Source: Chiloscyllium plagiosum
Taxonomy: Eukaryota
Assembly: GCF_004010195.1 (NCBI RefSeq)
Contig: NC_057718.1
Location: 20,666,223 to 20,730,222, forward strand
Direction: 5' to 3'
DNA length: 64,000 nt
This document shows positions 13,330 through 25,707 of the stretch, piece after piece. Position 1 is the first letter of the stretch. Each line of letters starts with the position of its first letter. The position numbers and the translations under genes are program-made. The notes beneath the pieces are model-generated. The model had not been told where the DNA came from. It was given only the letters and a program-made list of their open reading frames with translations, and made no database searches.

Positions 13330-14300
13330 AGACCTCAAGACAAACTCAGATGTGTATATCAGCAAACCTGACAAGGGACTGAAATAGTTATTCTCAAGCG
13401 TAACTATATCAACAACATTTGAAATTTGTAGGTATTGGACCTGCCACTCAGCATGAATAGACAGCCTTACTTGTAAACAAGTTGGAAAATGGGTTTGCTG
13501 AACCCACAATCCAGAGCATTGAGCTGCTGGGAGATATTTATGATAACATTTGTCTTCACAGCTCACTGCATCGGTGCACATATGGGCTGCCCACCAACAC
13601 ACAAAATGATGTACCTATAACTTTATCTTTTCCCCTGACCAATTCTGCACAACACGAACTGACCAAAAGGTTGGGTCAATTGCTACAAACAGTTTTGAGC
13701 AAGTATTCTGGATTCCTTCATATGTGAAGGTCTTGCATATTGACAGCAATACAGTGTTGATGCATCCATGTAACCTTGCTAGCTTATACGCAAATGTACT
13801 CCTCAAGGAAGTTACAGACACCTGCACTACAGCACTAAGCCATGGTGATCTAGATTCACCACTATTGTGTGAATTCTTTGAACTTATGAACACAAATTGT
13901 GCAGTTGAGTTCAGTTTAAACAACACCAAGTTTGCCCAAATTGATGGTGTTGCCAAGAGATCTCCACTAGCCCCAGCACGCACAAATTTCTTTGTTGGAT
14001 TCCATAAGAAATGTGTCATTGGTGTAATGACATCTAACCTTCTATCCCTTGCACATTTCTGATATTTAGATTCTGCGTTTACTATAACTGAAGCTGCAAA
14101 TAAGAATTTCCTAACATGTCTTCATGGGCTCCATTCTATGTTCAAATTCAAACTTAAAATTCAACTGTCAAATTAGCTCCTTATTCTCAACAACAACTGA
14201 GAAATCGAACAGCAGGTTCTCTATTACTGCCCATTACAATCACAGATCAGTATAAATGAACTGTATACATATGTCTATCCAGTTCTGAGATCTGTGTTTA
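13330..14300 (+). pseudogene. Degenerate Penelope-like reverse transcriptase
   Basis: Broken frames give KPDKG, YGLP, SLYANV, FSLNNTKFAQIDGVAKRSPLAP (PLE QxxGxxMGSPLxP motif) and a decayed RYxDD motif. Confidence 0.7.
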
Positions 14301-14339
14301 TATGTGCTTAAGTCACTCAGGGTGACAGGATAGTTAGAG

Positions 14340-14494
14340 CAAGCATGTAATAAAGCATACAATATCCAGACTTTATTAATAAGGACATAGAGTACAGGAG
14401 CAAAATGGTTACACTGAACATGTGTAAGATACGAGTTAGACCTCAAGTATTATGTATAGTTCTAGACTGTATACTTCAGGAAGGATGTAGATAC
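14340..14494 (+). mobile_element. CR1 ORF2 fragment that is the target of the LTR element (continues at 20993)
   Basis: ...FRKDVD at 14475-14494 resumes as (T)LERM at 20997 onwards. Confidence 0.65.
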
Positions 14495-15209
14495 TGATAT
14501 GAAGATGTGGGTGTACTGTACCTTTAAGTGAATTAAAAGCTAGCAAAACTACTTGACAGCACCAAGAGTTCTGAACAAGATATAATGTAAGCTTTTGGTG
14601 TGGTATCCAGGGTAGCTGGTTGCCTGGAGACAAAAACAAATTTGAATGTGGCTAATCAGTTTAAATTATACCACAAAAAAACCCCCAAACTCCAATTTTA
14701 GTATATTGACGATATTAAAAGCCAATGACATAATCAGATGCTTTGAGGGTATAAGATCGGGAAAAATTAAACTGTTGAGGGAGAACTACCAAGCCACCAA
14801 CACATGCAGACTGTCAGGAGAATAATTTTCTTCAAGGTACCTTTATTGATCAGTGACCTGTGAAACAGAAATCCCTGAAGAAGAAAAGAAGACAGAGGAA
14901 GATATAAAGAGAAGATTTGACAGCTGGCTGCTTTTGAAATTTGAATTTTGATAAGTCTTAATCAGGGGTTTTATGGAACTAGTATTTTAGAAGGGAAAGT
15001 AAAAGATAGGTTCGAGGAAGGAGTTGTAAATAGTTGTTAGTTAATTATTCTCTGTTATACTTTAAGAAATAAAGTTGTTAATTTTTACTTTAAGTAGTGA
15101 CCTTTGGGATAGTTCTTGGCCGCTCCAATTTTCACAGATTACTGCATGGGATAAATCTTTTCTGTGTTGCTGGTTTAAATTAATCAGGGCGTTTACCCAT
15201 GTCATAACA
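14495..15209 (+). repeat. 5' LTR (715 bp)
   Basis: TGATATGA...TCATAACA termini; AATAAA at 15068-15073; aligns along its length with 20301-20992. Confidence 0.92.
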
Positions 15210-15212
15210 GTT

Positions 15213-15230
15213 TGGGGGCTCATCCAGGAT
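15213..15230 (+). promoter_or_regulatory. Primer binding site, tRNA-Pro
   Basis: TGGGGGCTCATCCAGGAT versus canonical TGGGGGCTCGTCCGGGAT; both mismatches are CpG>CpA. Confidence 0.9.
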
Positions 15231-15389
15231 TTGAACTGGTTTAGACAGATTTGAATAGAACTGGAGGTACGAAAAGTCCCAGCAGATTTAAACACTTGCA
15301 GGTTAGTGTCCTAGATCTTTAAATAAAATGTAAGTGAGACCATTTGTTTACTTTCAGTGACTTGTAATTGATTTAATTAAAAGTGAGAG

Positions 15390-16600
15390 AAAAGGTTGTG
15401 GGATTTGAAGATGATTCTCAAATTTGCCAAGAACGTTTATAAGGAAAGTAAAAGGTCGTACTGTTAAAATTAGCAAATACGTTAGATTTAGGTTTAACCA
15501 AGGACAAAAGTAGAGCTGAAATTGTAAGGGAGTTACTCAAACATTTAGGTATGTTAGAGGAATAGACAAGTGCAATAGAGGTAGAAAAGCTTAAATTACA
15601 ATTGAGGAAAATGGAGTTAGAAGATAAACAGAGAGCGAGAGGAAAAGGGAGAAAGTTCTTAGCTGAGCAAAGAGAGAGGAGAAAGAGAGAGAGGAGAGAG
15701 AGTGAGGAAAAAGAAAGAGAGAGAAAGTTCTTAGCTGAGCAAAAGGAAAGAAAATTTGAACTTGAGAAGTTGTGACTTAGTCAGCAAAGTCAAGTTACCA
15801 GGATGGAGATTAAAAGAGAAGGTAGTGATATATATAAATAGGTCAAAACTCTGCTACATTTTGATGAGAAAGATGTTGAAGCCTTCTTTATTTCATTTGA
15901 AAAATTGCCTAGGCAGATGGCGTGGTCCGAGGATTTATGAGTAATGCAAGTTCAGACTAAACTGGTAGGCAGAGCTAGTGAAGTATTTGCCATGCCGTCA
16001 GATGAGGGGTCAAGAATTTATGAAGAGGTTAAACAGACTATTTTAGGTGCTTATGAATTAGTACCAGAAACATATAGACAGCAGTATAGAAACATACAGA
16101 AGGAACCAGGTCAGACTTACGGGTACTTTAAAAATATATAAAACTTTTGAGGCTCTACGAGAGATTATTCTGTTGGAGGGGTTCACAAACTCACTTCTAG
16201 AGATGGTAAGAATTCATGTGGAGGAACAGAAAGTTCAGCCAGTGAGAAGGGCAGTAGAATTAGCAGATGAGTACATGTTGGTGCATAAGACAAGCTTCCG
16301 GCCAGAATCCCTATGTGGGATAGAGGTTGGGAGAAGGGGAGATCCTACACTACAAACCCAAGAGTAGAGAGCACTGGAAAGAATTTACCACAGGATGAAA
16401 AAGAAGCCCAAGAGGCTAGAAAGGAGTTGAAAGGCCTCAGGTGTTTCCATTGTGGTGAAGTGGGACACATAAAGTAACAGTACTGGTCGTTAAAGAAAGG
16501 CACTGTGGGAAAAGATGTGGTAAAAGAAGCTAAGCCAGTGGCATTAGTGAAAGTAGTAAAGGCAACCCCAAGAAGAGCCGAGGAGCCATAGGAGAGTCAC
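15390..16600 (+). pseudogene. gag: gag: coiled-coil region, SCAN-like capsid C-terminal domain, CCHC knuckle; frameshifted
   Basis: AYELVPETYRQQYRN...LLEGFTNSLLEMVRIHVEEQK...AVELADEY; CFHCGEVGHIK*QYW at 16442-16486. Confidence 0.8.
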
Positions 16601-16639
16601 AGCCTAGGCCGGGGCTGGATATGGAGTTAGTATCTGATT

Positions 16640-16990
16640 TCTACAAAGAATTTGCCTCAGTGGGTAAAGTTTACTCAGAAAGAATGGGGGAAAGGACAAG
16701 AAGTTATAATTTTGAGAGATACAAGATCTAACCAGTCGCTTATAGTAAGGGATGAGTGAAAATGAACTCTTTCACTCATCTGTGACCTGAGAGTGTGGCA
16801 ATTTGTGGGATAGATGGACAGAAAATTAACGTTCCCCTATGTAAGATCAGATTGGAGTGCCATCTCAAGACTGGGGAAGGTACAGTGGGAGTGGTTGACA
16901 GAGTCAGTTTTAGGAATTCAGTTTGTTCTTGGGAATGATTTGGTAGGATCCAAGGTGGGAGTGACATCCCTTGTTGTGGAGAAGCCCAAG
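16640..16990 (+). pseudogene. Aspartic protease domain
   Basis: VIILRDTRSNQS (DTG mutated to DTR, 16718-16726) and downstream FVLGNDL. Confidence 0.75.
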
Positions 16991-17279
16991 GAAGACCAAG
17001 AAACTGAGGAGTTAAAACACAAATATTCTGGTATTTTCCCAGACTCTGTGGTAACCAGATTCCATCATCATAAGTCACAGCACGAAGCAAAAAGTAAAGA
17101 TAAAGATGGAGGAGCTGAGGTTCAGTTAGCTGATACCCTGTTTGACGTAATGGTGCAGGAAAAACCTGAACAGGCAGAGGGTCAGAGGTTTAGTCCTGAA
17201 AGGCTAAGGGATGTGTGACAGCAAGACAAGACGATAAAAGATATATATGTGGATGTGAAAAGGAGGCAGAGAATATTCT

Positions 17280-18440
17280 GGAGGGTTACTATCTGAAAGA
17301 TAGAATCCTAGGACTGAGTGCAGAGGAGAAATGGGCTGAGGTGCACCAGATTGTGTTGTCGGTAACATACAGACAGGAGGGGTATGGGTAGCACATGAAC
17401 TACCTGTAGGAGGTCTCCTAGGGGTACGAAAGACTCAGGTTAAGGTACAAAAACATTTTTATTGGCCTGAATGCACAAGGATGTGGTTAACTTTCGCCAT
17501 ATCTATCGTACATGCCAAATAGTAGGTAAACCACATTCGGTAATAAAGCCAGCACCTTTGTTGCCAATTCCCGCATTTGAAGAACTTTTCATGTGGGTTA
17601 TAATTGATTGTGTAGATTCCCTCCTGAAAACTTAAAATTGGAACCAGTACTTGTTAACCATAATGGACATGTCTACCAGATTTCCGGAGGCAATTCCATT
17701 ATGGAGTATCAAGGCCAAAAAGGTGGCAGAGAAGTTAGTAGCTTTCTGCACATGGTATGGGTTACCCAGAGAGATTCAGTCAGACCAAGCGTCAAATTTT
17801 ACTGCGCAGCTGTTGAAGGTGGTCATGGATAGCTCAGGTATACAGCACTTTGAATCCAGTGCGTCTCATACTGAATCTCAGGGAGCTTTAGAAGGGTGGC
17901 ATCAGACCTTTAAGACTGTGTTGAGAGCATGCTGTCAGGATTGGGATAAAGATATCCTATTCATATTGTTTGCCATTAGAGATTCCCCAAATGAATCTAC
18001 TCAGTTCACTGCCTTTGAGTTAATATTGGGCATGAAGTGAGAGGGCCTTTGAAATTAATTAAAGAAAAATTGACAGGACCAAAGTCGGAGATCTCACATT
18101 TAGATTATGTATCAGAGGTGAGGGAGAGATTAAATAGAGTAGATGAGTTAGCTAACAGTACCTAAAGAGGGCACAGTGTAGAATGAAGCAGATGGCAGAT
18201 AAAAGCTCTGAGACTCGGATGTTTTCCTGAGGGGATGATGTGTTAGTACTGTTACCAGTGATAGGAGATCCCTTCAAAGCCAGGTTTAGTGGTCCCTATC
18301 AAATTGAGAAAAAGTTGAGTCAGGTGAACTATCTAGTAAAGATGCCAGATAGAAAAAAAAGGCATCGGGTCTGTCATGTGAACATGCTGAAACAGTATTA
18401 TACTAGACAGAAAGAACTGGAGAAACAGGTGTTAGTTACA
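17280..18440 (+). pseudogene. Integrase (zinc-binding region, DDE core, GPY/F module)
   Basis: AHELPVGG..FYWP..TCQ; LTIMDMSTRFPEAIPL; IQSDQASNF; SQGALEGWHQTFK; FSGPYQI. Confidence 0.9.
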
Positions 18441-18472
18441 CCCCGCAGAGTGAGGAGTCAAATCCAGATGAT

Positions 18473-20116
18473 GTGCCTCAGAATAGATTAAAAAATGAAG
18501 AAGTCCTTGAGGAGTGGGATAGGTTAGTAAGCTATCTGTCTCAGGAGCATAGAATGCAGTTGAAAGATTTGTTACTGCAGTGTAAGGATGTATGTAAGAA
18601 TCAGAAGTGGAGGACTAATGTTGTTGTACATGAAGTAGACGTAAGGAATACTGATCTGATAAAACAACACCCCTATCGGCTTAATCCTTTCAAAGCCAGA
18701 CAAGTCCAGATGGAGGTGGAGGCCATGCTTGCCGAGGGCATCATCGAACCAAGCCAGAATGAATGGAGTTTGCCGATCATCTTAGTTCCCAAACCTGATG
18801 GGACTCAACGATTCTGTGTGGATTATCGGAAGGTCAATGTTGTTACAAAATCGGACTCATATCCAATTCCTGGATTGGAGGACAGTTTCGAGAAAGTTGG
18901 ACAAGCCAATTACATCACCAAGTTGGACTTAGTGCAGGCACCTTTATCAGAGTAGGTGAAAGAAATTTCTGTGTTTGTAACCCCAAAATGGGCTAGATCA
19001 AAATGGGCGACTGACGGAGTTTGCACATTCTCCCCGTGTCTGTGTGGGTTTCCTCTGGGTGCTCCGGTTTCCTCCCACAGTCCAAAGATGTGCAGGTCAG
19101 GTGAATTGACCATGCTAAATTGCCTGTAGTGTTACGTTAAAAGGGGTAAATGTAGGGGTATGGGTGGGTTGCGCTTCGGCGGGTCGGTGTGGACTTGTTG
19201 GGCCGAAGGGCCTGTTTCCACACTGTAAGTAATCTAATCTAATCTAAAAAAAAAGTGATGCCATTTGGAATGAACAACGCACCCACCACATTCCAAAGAG
19301 TCATGAACAGAGTTGTGGCTGGGTTGACAAACTGTGCAGTCTATGTGGATGATGTAGTGATCTTTAGTAAGTCCTGGTAACATCACATGGTACAGTTGAG
19401 AGAGCTCTTTGACTGACTACGAGAGTCAAAACTAGAAATGAACGTAAACAAAACAGAATTTGCGAAACATCGGTCATGAAAGGTTGACCCCACGGAACAC
19501 AAAGACAAAGGCCATCGAGAAATTTCCACAACCAACCTCAAAGAAAAGGTGCGTCGTTCTTAGGATTCAGCAGTTTCTATTGGATGTTTGTTCCAAACTT
19601 CAGCAGTGTAGTGGTACTGTTAACCGATTTGCTGAAGAAGAACACAAAGTTTCAGTGGGCAGTACCATGCCAGGAGGCATTCGACCATTTTAAATCAATA
19701 TTAACCATCAAACCAGTTTTAGCTACACCAAACTTTTTAAAACCTTTTAAAGTCTCGATTGATGCTCGTGACATAGGAGTTGGAGCTGTACTCCTACAGG
19801 AAGATGAGGATGGGATTGAACCGCGAGTTGGTTACTTTTCAAAGAAAATCAACATCCACCAGAGAAAATATTTCACAATTGAAAAGGAACTACTGAGTTT
19901 GGTATTGGCCTTACAACACTTTCATGTATATGTCATGAACAATGTGCCGGAGACGGTAGTGTACACGGATCAGAATCCCTTTACATTCTTAGAATGCTTA
20001 AAAGACAAGAATGAGACTATTTCATTGGAGTCTTATGCGACAGACTTTCAATTTAAAAGTCGTATATGTTGTGGGTCATAAGAATGTAATCACAGATGCG
20101 TTATTGCGAATTTAAC
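18473..20116 (+). pseudogene. pol: Reverse transcriptase and RNase H, interrupted by a SINE
   Basis: GIIEPSQNEWSLPIILVPKPDGTQRFCVDYRKVN, MPFG, YVDD (19342-19353), DARDIGVGAVL, TIEKELL, YTDQNP, NVITDALLR*. Confidence 0.92.
19005..19254 (+). mobile_element. 5'-truncated HE1-type SINE inserted in the RT domain
   Basis: V-domain and tail as at 38083-38403, ending (AATCT)3 plus an A run; splits TPxG..Q / KVMPFG. Confidence 0.9.
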
Positions 20117-20290
20117 TGATAAAGTTTAGCTGAGATTTGTATTTATTTAACATTATATACATATATACAGTTATATGGGAAGATGTTAAGGTGAAATTAG
20201 ATTAAAGGTATCGGTATGTTGGGGTAATGTGTTTAAAGATTAGAAAAAAAATGAAGTAATCTTTTCATTATGATGGTTCATTTTCTTCTT

Positions 20291-20300
20291 AAGGGGGAGG
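20291..20300 (+). promoter_or_regulatory. Polypurine tract
   Basis: AAGGGGGAGG immediately before the TG of the 3' LTR. Confidence 0.88.
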
Positions 20301-20992
20301 TGTTATGAAAATGTGGGTGTACTGTACCTTTAAGAGAGTTAAAAGCTAGCAGAATTACTTGACAGCACCAAGTGTTCTGAACAAGATACAATGTAACCTT
20401 TTGGTCCAGTAACTAGGGTAGCTGGTTGCCTGGAGACAAAAACAAATTTGAATGTGGCCAATCAGTTTAAATTATACCTCCCCAAAAAAAAACAAACTCC
20501 AATCAAGTTTGAATTTAGTATATTGAAAATATTAAAAGCCAATGACATGATCTGATATATAACATCAGGAAAAATTGAACAGTTGAAGGAGAACTGCCAA
20601 GCCACCAACACATGCAGACTGCCAGGAGAATAGCTTTCTTAAAGGTACCTTTATTGATCATTGACCTGTGAAACAGAAATCCCTAAGAAGAAAAGAAGAC
20701 AGAGGAAGATATAAAGAGAAGATTTGACAGCTGGCTACTTTTGAAATTTGAATTTTGATAAATCTTAATCAGGGGTTTTATCGAACTAGATTTATAGAAG
20801 GGAAAGTAAAAGACAGGTTTAGAGGAAGGAGTTGTAAATAGTTGTTAGTTAATTATTCTCTGTTATACTTTAATTTTTACTTTAAGTAGTGACCTTTGGG
20901 ATAGTTCTTGGCCTCTCCAATTTTCACTGATTACTGCATGAGATAAATCTTTTCTCTGTTGCTGGTTTAAATTAAGCAGGGGGTTTACTTGT
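20301..20992 (+). repeat. 3' LTR
   Basis: Starts TGTTATGA; diverged copy of the 5' LTR with small deletions and an eroded terminus. Confidence 0.9.
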
Positions 20993-21129
20993 ATACATTG
21001 GAGAGGATGTAAAAAGGGCATACCTGAATGGATCTTGTATTGTATACAGTGTGCCACCATCTCTGCTGGGACTGTCCTGTCAGTAGGCCACGACATACCC
21101 AAGGATGATAATGGTATTGCCTAGGAATT

Positions 21130-21655
21130 CTTCTTTAATATTCACTCATGCGATGTGGGCGCAATTTATTGCCCATCCCTTGTATGTAAGGCGTTGCTTG
21201 AGTTGTATGTGAGTCAATGCTCCCAATTCCTGCATTAGTAAAGAGTACTTTGCAGGGTCAACTGGGCTAAGTTTGTCATTGTTGTTTCCGGTGCTTTAGT
21301 CAATTTTAGGTAGCCTGTCCAGTTTCATTCCTTTTTTTGAGACCTTCCTTGAGTTGATACAGCTGAATGGCTGCTGATTTATGAATCAACCACATTGCTG
21401 TGGGTCTGGGGGCACATGTAGGCCAGAATGGAAAATCAATGGGAAGGAAGGAAATCAGGGAAACAAATGAGTTTTCTTTTTGACAATCAACAATGGTTTC
21501 ATGCTCATCATTCAACTTTCAATTCTAAAAATTGTTTACCTTAACTTACATTTCACTATCTGCCATATTGGAATTTGTACCCAGGTCCTGAGGACGTTAC
21601 TTGGGTCTCTGGATTATGGTTCCAACGACAATACCACTCGTCCATTACCTCCCCA
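21130..21655 (-). mobile_element. tRNA-derived SINE (non-HE1 family) sharing the LINE-A tail, interrupted
   Basis: Minus-strand head GGGAGGTAATGGACGAGTGGTATTG...GGGTACAAATTCC; body CTGGCCTACATGTG..CCAGACCCACAGCAATGTGGTTGA; tail AGGGATGGGCAATAAAT. Confidence 0.6.
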
Positions 21656-22309
21656 TGATTGGTGCGATATAGAGGAATCCAGATACCTGGATGTGAATAA
21701 TATAAAGTCAGCAAGCAGATTATTGTATGTCATTAGAAAGACAAATTGAATGTTGGCCACCAATGCAAGTGAACTGAATTTAAAATCAGATAAATCTTGA
21801 TACATCTTTAAAAGGAATTTGTGAGACCATACCTAGAACTCTGCTTACAGTTTTTGCTTGTTTATTTAAGGAAGATTATATTAGCATTGGAAACAAGTTC
21901 ATAGAAGGTTCACTAGGCAGATTCCTGGGATAAAGAGGTTGGCTCTGAGGAAGTTTTTAGCAGGAAAATTTCCCAGTTATGTCCTGTCCACAAAAAAAGG
22001 GCAAATTCAATCTAGTCAATTACTGCCTCATCAGTCTGTCTTCATCATAAATAAAGTGTTAGAAGAGGTCACTGACAGTGCGATCAAGTGGCACTTGTTC
22101 CGTAATAATCTGCTCACTAACATCCAGTTGGAGGTCCACCAGGAGCGATTGAGTTTCTGACCTTACTGTAGCCTTGGTGTCTACGTGGATAAAAGAGCTG
22201 AATTTCAGAAAGTAAGTGATTGCTCTTGTCGTCAAGGCTGCATTTGAACAAGTGTGGCATTTAGGAGCCGTAGCAAAACTGTAGTCAATGGGAATCAGGA
22301 GGAAAACTA

Positions 22310-25248
22310 GGCTTTGGATAGAGGTGTAAACTAATAGAATAGGGTAGTGGTTGAGGAGGCTGTGTTGGATTCAGTTGTGTGGAAAAAATTAAAGGGGTGT
22401 AGGCTCAACAGAGGTTGTTAAAGTTTCCATAACAAGTAATAGGACATAAAATATGAAACAGGTCAGGATTCGCAGCAAATAAGGGGACAACTATGAGAAA
22501 GTAGGCAATCAATGCAGCACTGAAGGTGTTGTACTGAAATGCACACAGTACACAAAACAAGGTAAATGAGCTTCTATTACAGATTGAAATTATGATATTG
22601 TGGGCATCACAAAGATGTGCCTGTAAGGGGATCAAGGTTGGGGACTAAATATCCAATATGTCCATGCTATGGAAAGGACAGGCAGATGGGCAGAGGGTTT
22701 GAGGTTGTTTTGTTAGTAAGAAGTGAAATTAACTCAAGGAGTGGTGTAGAGTCCGAAGGTGTAGAATCGGCAAGAATAAAGTTGAGAACTGCAAAGGACT
22801 AAAGACTCTGGTGAGTTTCCTAGCAGCAGTCAGGATGTGGGGAAGAAAATAAACCTGTGGATAGAAAAGATATGTAAGAAAGGCACTACAGGTAATACAA
22901 TAATCACGGGGGACTTCAATATGCAGATTGATTTGATTTGCAGGTTGGTAGAGAATTTCAGGAAAAGGAATTTGTGGAAAGTCTACAAAAATTTTTTTTT
23001 GGAGCAGCTTGTAGTAGAGCCCATTAGAGAATAGGCAATTCTGGATTTGGTGATGTGTAATGAGACAGACTTGATTAGGGAGCTTAAGATGAAGCAACCC
23101 TGAGGGTCAGTGACCATTGTATGATAAAACTCAGAGGCAGGAACTGGAACCAGATGTAATGGTTTACAATTCAGTAAAAGCAAATACAAAGACATGAGGG
23201 AGTAACTGGTCAGAGTTGATTCGAAGGGGAGCCTAGCAGGGAAGACGGTGGAGCAGGCAATGGCAGGAGTTTCTGGGGGTATTTGAAGGCACAGCAGAAA
23301 TTAATCTCAAGGAAGAAGAAACACACTAAAGGAAGACAGGGCAATCATGGCTGATAAGGGATTTCAGGGACAGCATAAAAGCTAAAGGAAAGCATACAAT
23401 GTGGTGAAGATTAGTGCTGGAAATGTGTTGCTGGAAAAGCGCAGCAGGTCAGGCAGCATCCAGGGAACAGGAGAAGGGCTTATGCCTGAAACGTCGATTC
23501 TCCTGTTCCCTGGATGCTGCCTGACCTGCTGCGCTTTTCCAGCAACACATTTCCAGCTCTGATCTCCAGCATGGCAGACCTCACTTTCTCCTTGAAGATT
23601 AGTGGGAAGCCAGAGGAATGGGAAGCCTTTACAAACCAGCAGTGGATAACTAAAAAAGCAGTAAGTGGGGAGAAGTTGAAATGTGAGTGTAAGCTAGCTA
23701 GGGTAATATAAAAAAAATTGCAAGAGATTTTTTTATATATCTAAATGGACCACTGGAAAATGAGGCTGGAGAAGTAGTAATTGAGGGGTTCTGAAGGAGA
23801 TAGCCGAGGAGATTCTTGAGGCATTGGTGGTGATCTTTCGGGCAGCATTGGATTCAGGAAGGGTCCCAGAGGACTAGAAATGGCTAATGTAACAAGCCCT
23901 GTTTAAGATGAGAGGGAGGCAGAAGACAGGAAATTAGAGGCCGGTTAGCCTGACCTCAGTCGTTGGTAAGATTTGAGAGTCCATTATTCAGGATGAGATT
24001 GCAAAGTACTTGGAAGCACTGGTAAAATACGTCTTGACTCAACACAGCTTTCTCAAGAATTCTTTGAAGAGGTAACAAGCAGCAACGAAGGTGTATGTGG
24101 TATCTTTGGATTTCCAGAAAGCCTTTGACAAGGTCCCACACAGGAGGCTGTTAAATAAGATGATCCCTGGTGCAAATGTCAAGGTACTGGCATGGATAGA
24201 GGATTGGCTGACTGGCAGATGGCAGAAGGTAGGGAGAAAGAGGTCCTTTTCAGGATGACAGCTGGTGAGTAGTGGACTTCCGCAAGGATTGGTGTTGGAC
24301 TACAACTATTCATATTGTACATTGACTATCTGGACAAAGGAACTGAGGGCATTGTTGCTAAGTTTGCAGATGACACAAAGGTATGTGGAGTGCCTGGTCG
24401 TGTTGAGGAAGCGGGGAGGCTGCAACAGGACTTGGAAAGGCTAGGACAAAGAAGAGGCAGATGGAATAAAACGTGGTAAAGTGTGAGGTTATCTACTTTG
24501 TAGGAAGAAGAGGAATAGACTAATTTCTAATTGGGGAAAGGCACAAAGGGACTTAGGAATCCTTGCTTAGCATTTTCTTAAGGTTAACATGCAGGTTCAG
24601 TTGGCAGTTAGGAAGACAAATGCAATGTTAGCATTTATTTCAAAAGGACAAAAATACAAGAGCAGAAATGTACTGCTGAGGCTGCATAAAGCTCTGGTCA
24701 GACCATTTTTGGAATATTGTGACCAGTATTGGGCCCTGCATCTAAGGAGGGGATCCAGAGGAGGTTTACAAGAAAGGTCCTGGGAATGAAGAGCTTGTCA
24801 TATGAGGAGGGTTTGAGACACTGGGCCTGCACTCGATGGAGTTTAGAATGATGAGGGGGGTTTGATTGAACCTTACAGAATACTGAGAGGCTTGGATAGT
24901 GTGGATGTGGAGAAGATGTTTCCACTGGTAGGAGAGACTATGACACAAGGGTAGTCTGTCCTTAGAGTGAAGGAACAACTGTTTAGAACTGAGATGATGA
25001 GGAATTTCTTGAGCCAGCCAGTGAGGAAATTTATCGGTGGAATTCATTGCTGCAGAGGGCTGTGGATGCCAAATCATTGAGTGTATTTAAGGCAGAGCTA
25101 GGTAAGTTCTTGTTTGCTAAGATGTTGATGGTTATGGAGAGAAGGCAGCAGAATGGGGTTGAGAAACCTCAGCCATGATTGAATGGTGGAGCAGATTTGA
25201 GGAGCTGAATGACCTAATTCTCCTCTATCTCTAATGATTTTATGATCT
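22310..25248 (+). mobile_element. CR1 LINE (APE plus RT, decayed) with 3' UTR
   Basis: IITGDFN, ILDLVMCN, PVSLTSVVGK, LDFQKAFDKVPH, KFADDTK, LEYC; candidate TSD AAAACT at 22303-22308 and 25250-25255. Confidence 0.85.
23416..23592. mobile_element. Fold-back Penelope-terminus insert
   Basis: Perfect 60-bp inverted repeat (23416-23475 / 23498-23557); TGAAGATTAGTG duplicated at 23405-23416 and 23593-23604. Confidence 0.85.
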
Positions 25249-25526
25249 TAAAACTTTTCACTGGTTGGAGTCATACCTGGAACAAACAATGATGTTGTTA
25301 TGGTTAGTCATGTCAGCTCCAGAACAGGAGTTCCTCAGGGTACTTTCCTTGGCTGAACCACCTCAACTGCTCCATCAGTATCCTTTTACTACATAAAGTC
25401 AGAAATGCGATGCTTTCTATGTTGCACAAAGTTTAGCATCATTTGCGATTCCTCAGAATTGAAGAAGTCCATTTACAAATGATGTTACCAGGATTCTGCT
25501 GACAAGTGAAACTAACATTTACACCA

Positions 25527-25707
25527 AGATAAAAACAATGACTGCAGATGCTGGAAACCAGATTCTGGATCAGTGGTGCTGGAAGAGCACAGCAATTCAG
25601 GCAGCATCCGACAAGCAGCTCGTCGGATTCTGCCTGAATTGCTGTGCTCTTCCAGCACCACTGATCCAGAATCTGGTTTCCAGCATCTGCAGTCATTGTT
25701 TTTACCT
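25527..25707. mobile_element. Fold-back Penelope-terminus insert
   Basis: Near-perfect ~83-bp inverted arms (25530-25612 / 25622-25704); CTAACATTTACACCA duplicated at 25512-25526 and 25708-25722. Confidence 0.85.

Larger units (their letters stand above)
14495..20992 (+). mobile_element. Gmr1-like Gypsy (Metaviridae) LTR retrotransposon, near full length, inactivated
   Basis: Two ~700-bp direct LTRs, PBS, PPT, and gag, PR, IN, RT, RH in that order; candidate 4-bp TSD ATAC at 14491-14494 and 20993-20996. Confidence 0.93.

Noticed and set aside
14495..20992. Copia element or endogenous retrovirus, suggested by IN-before-RT order and tRNA-Pro PBS
   Set aside because: RT, RH and IN motifs are Gypsy-type, and there is no room for env between RH (20116) and the PPT (20291).
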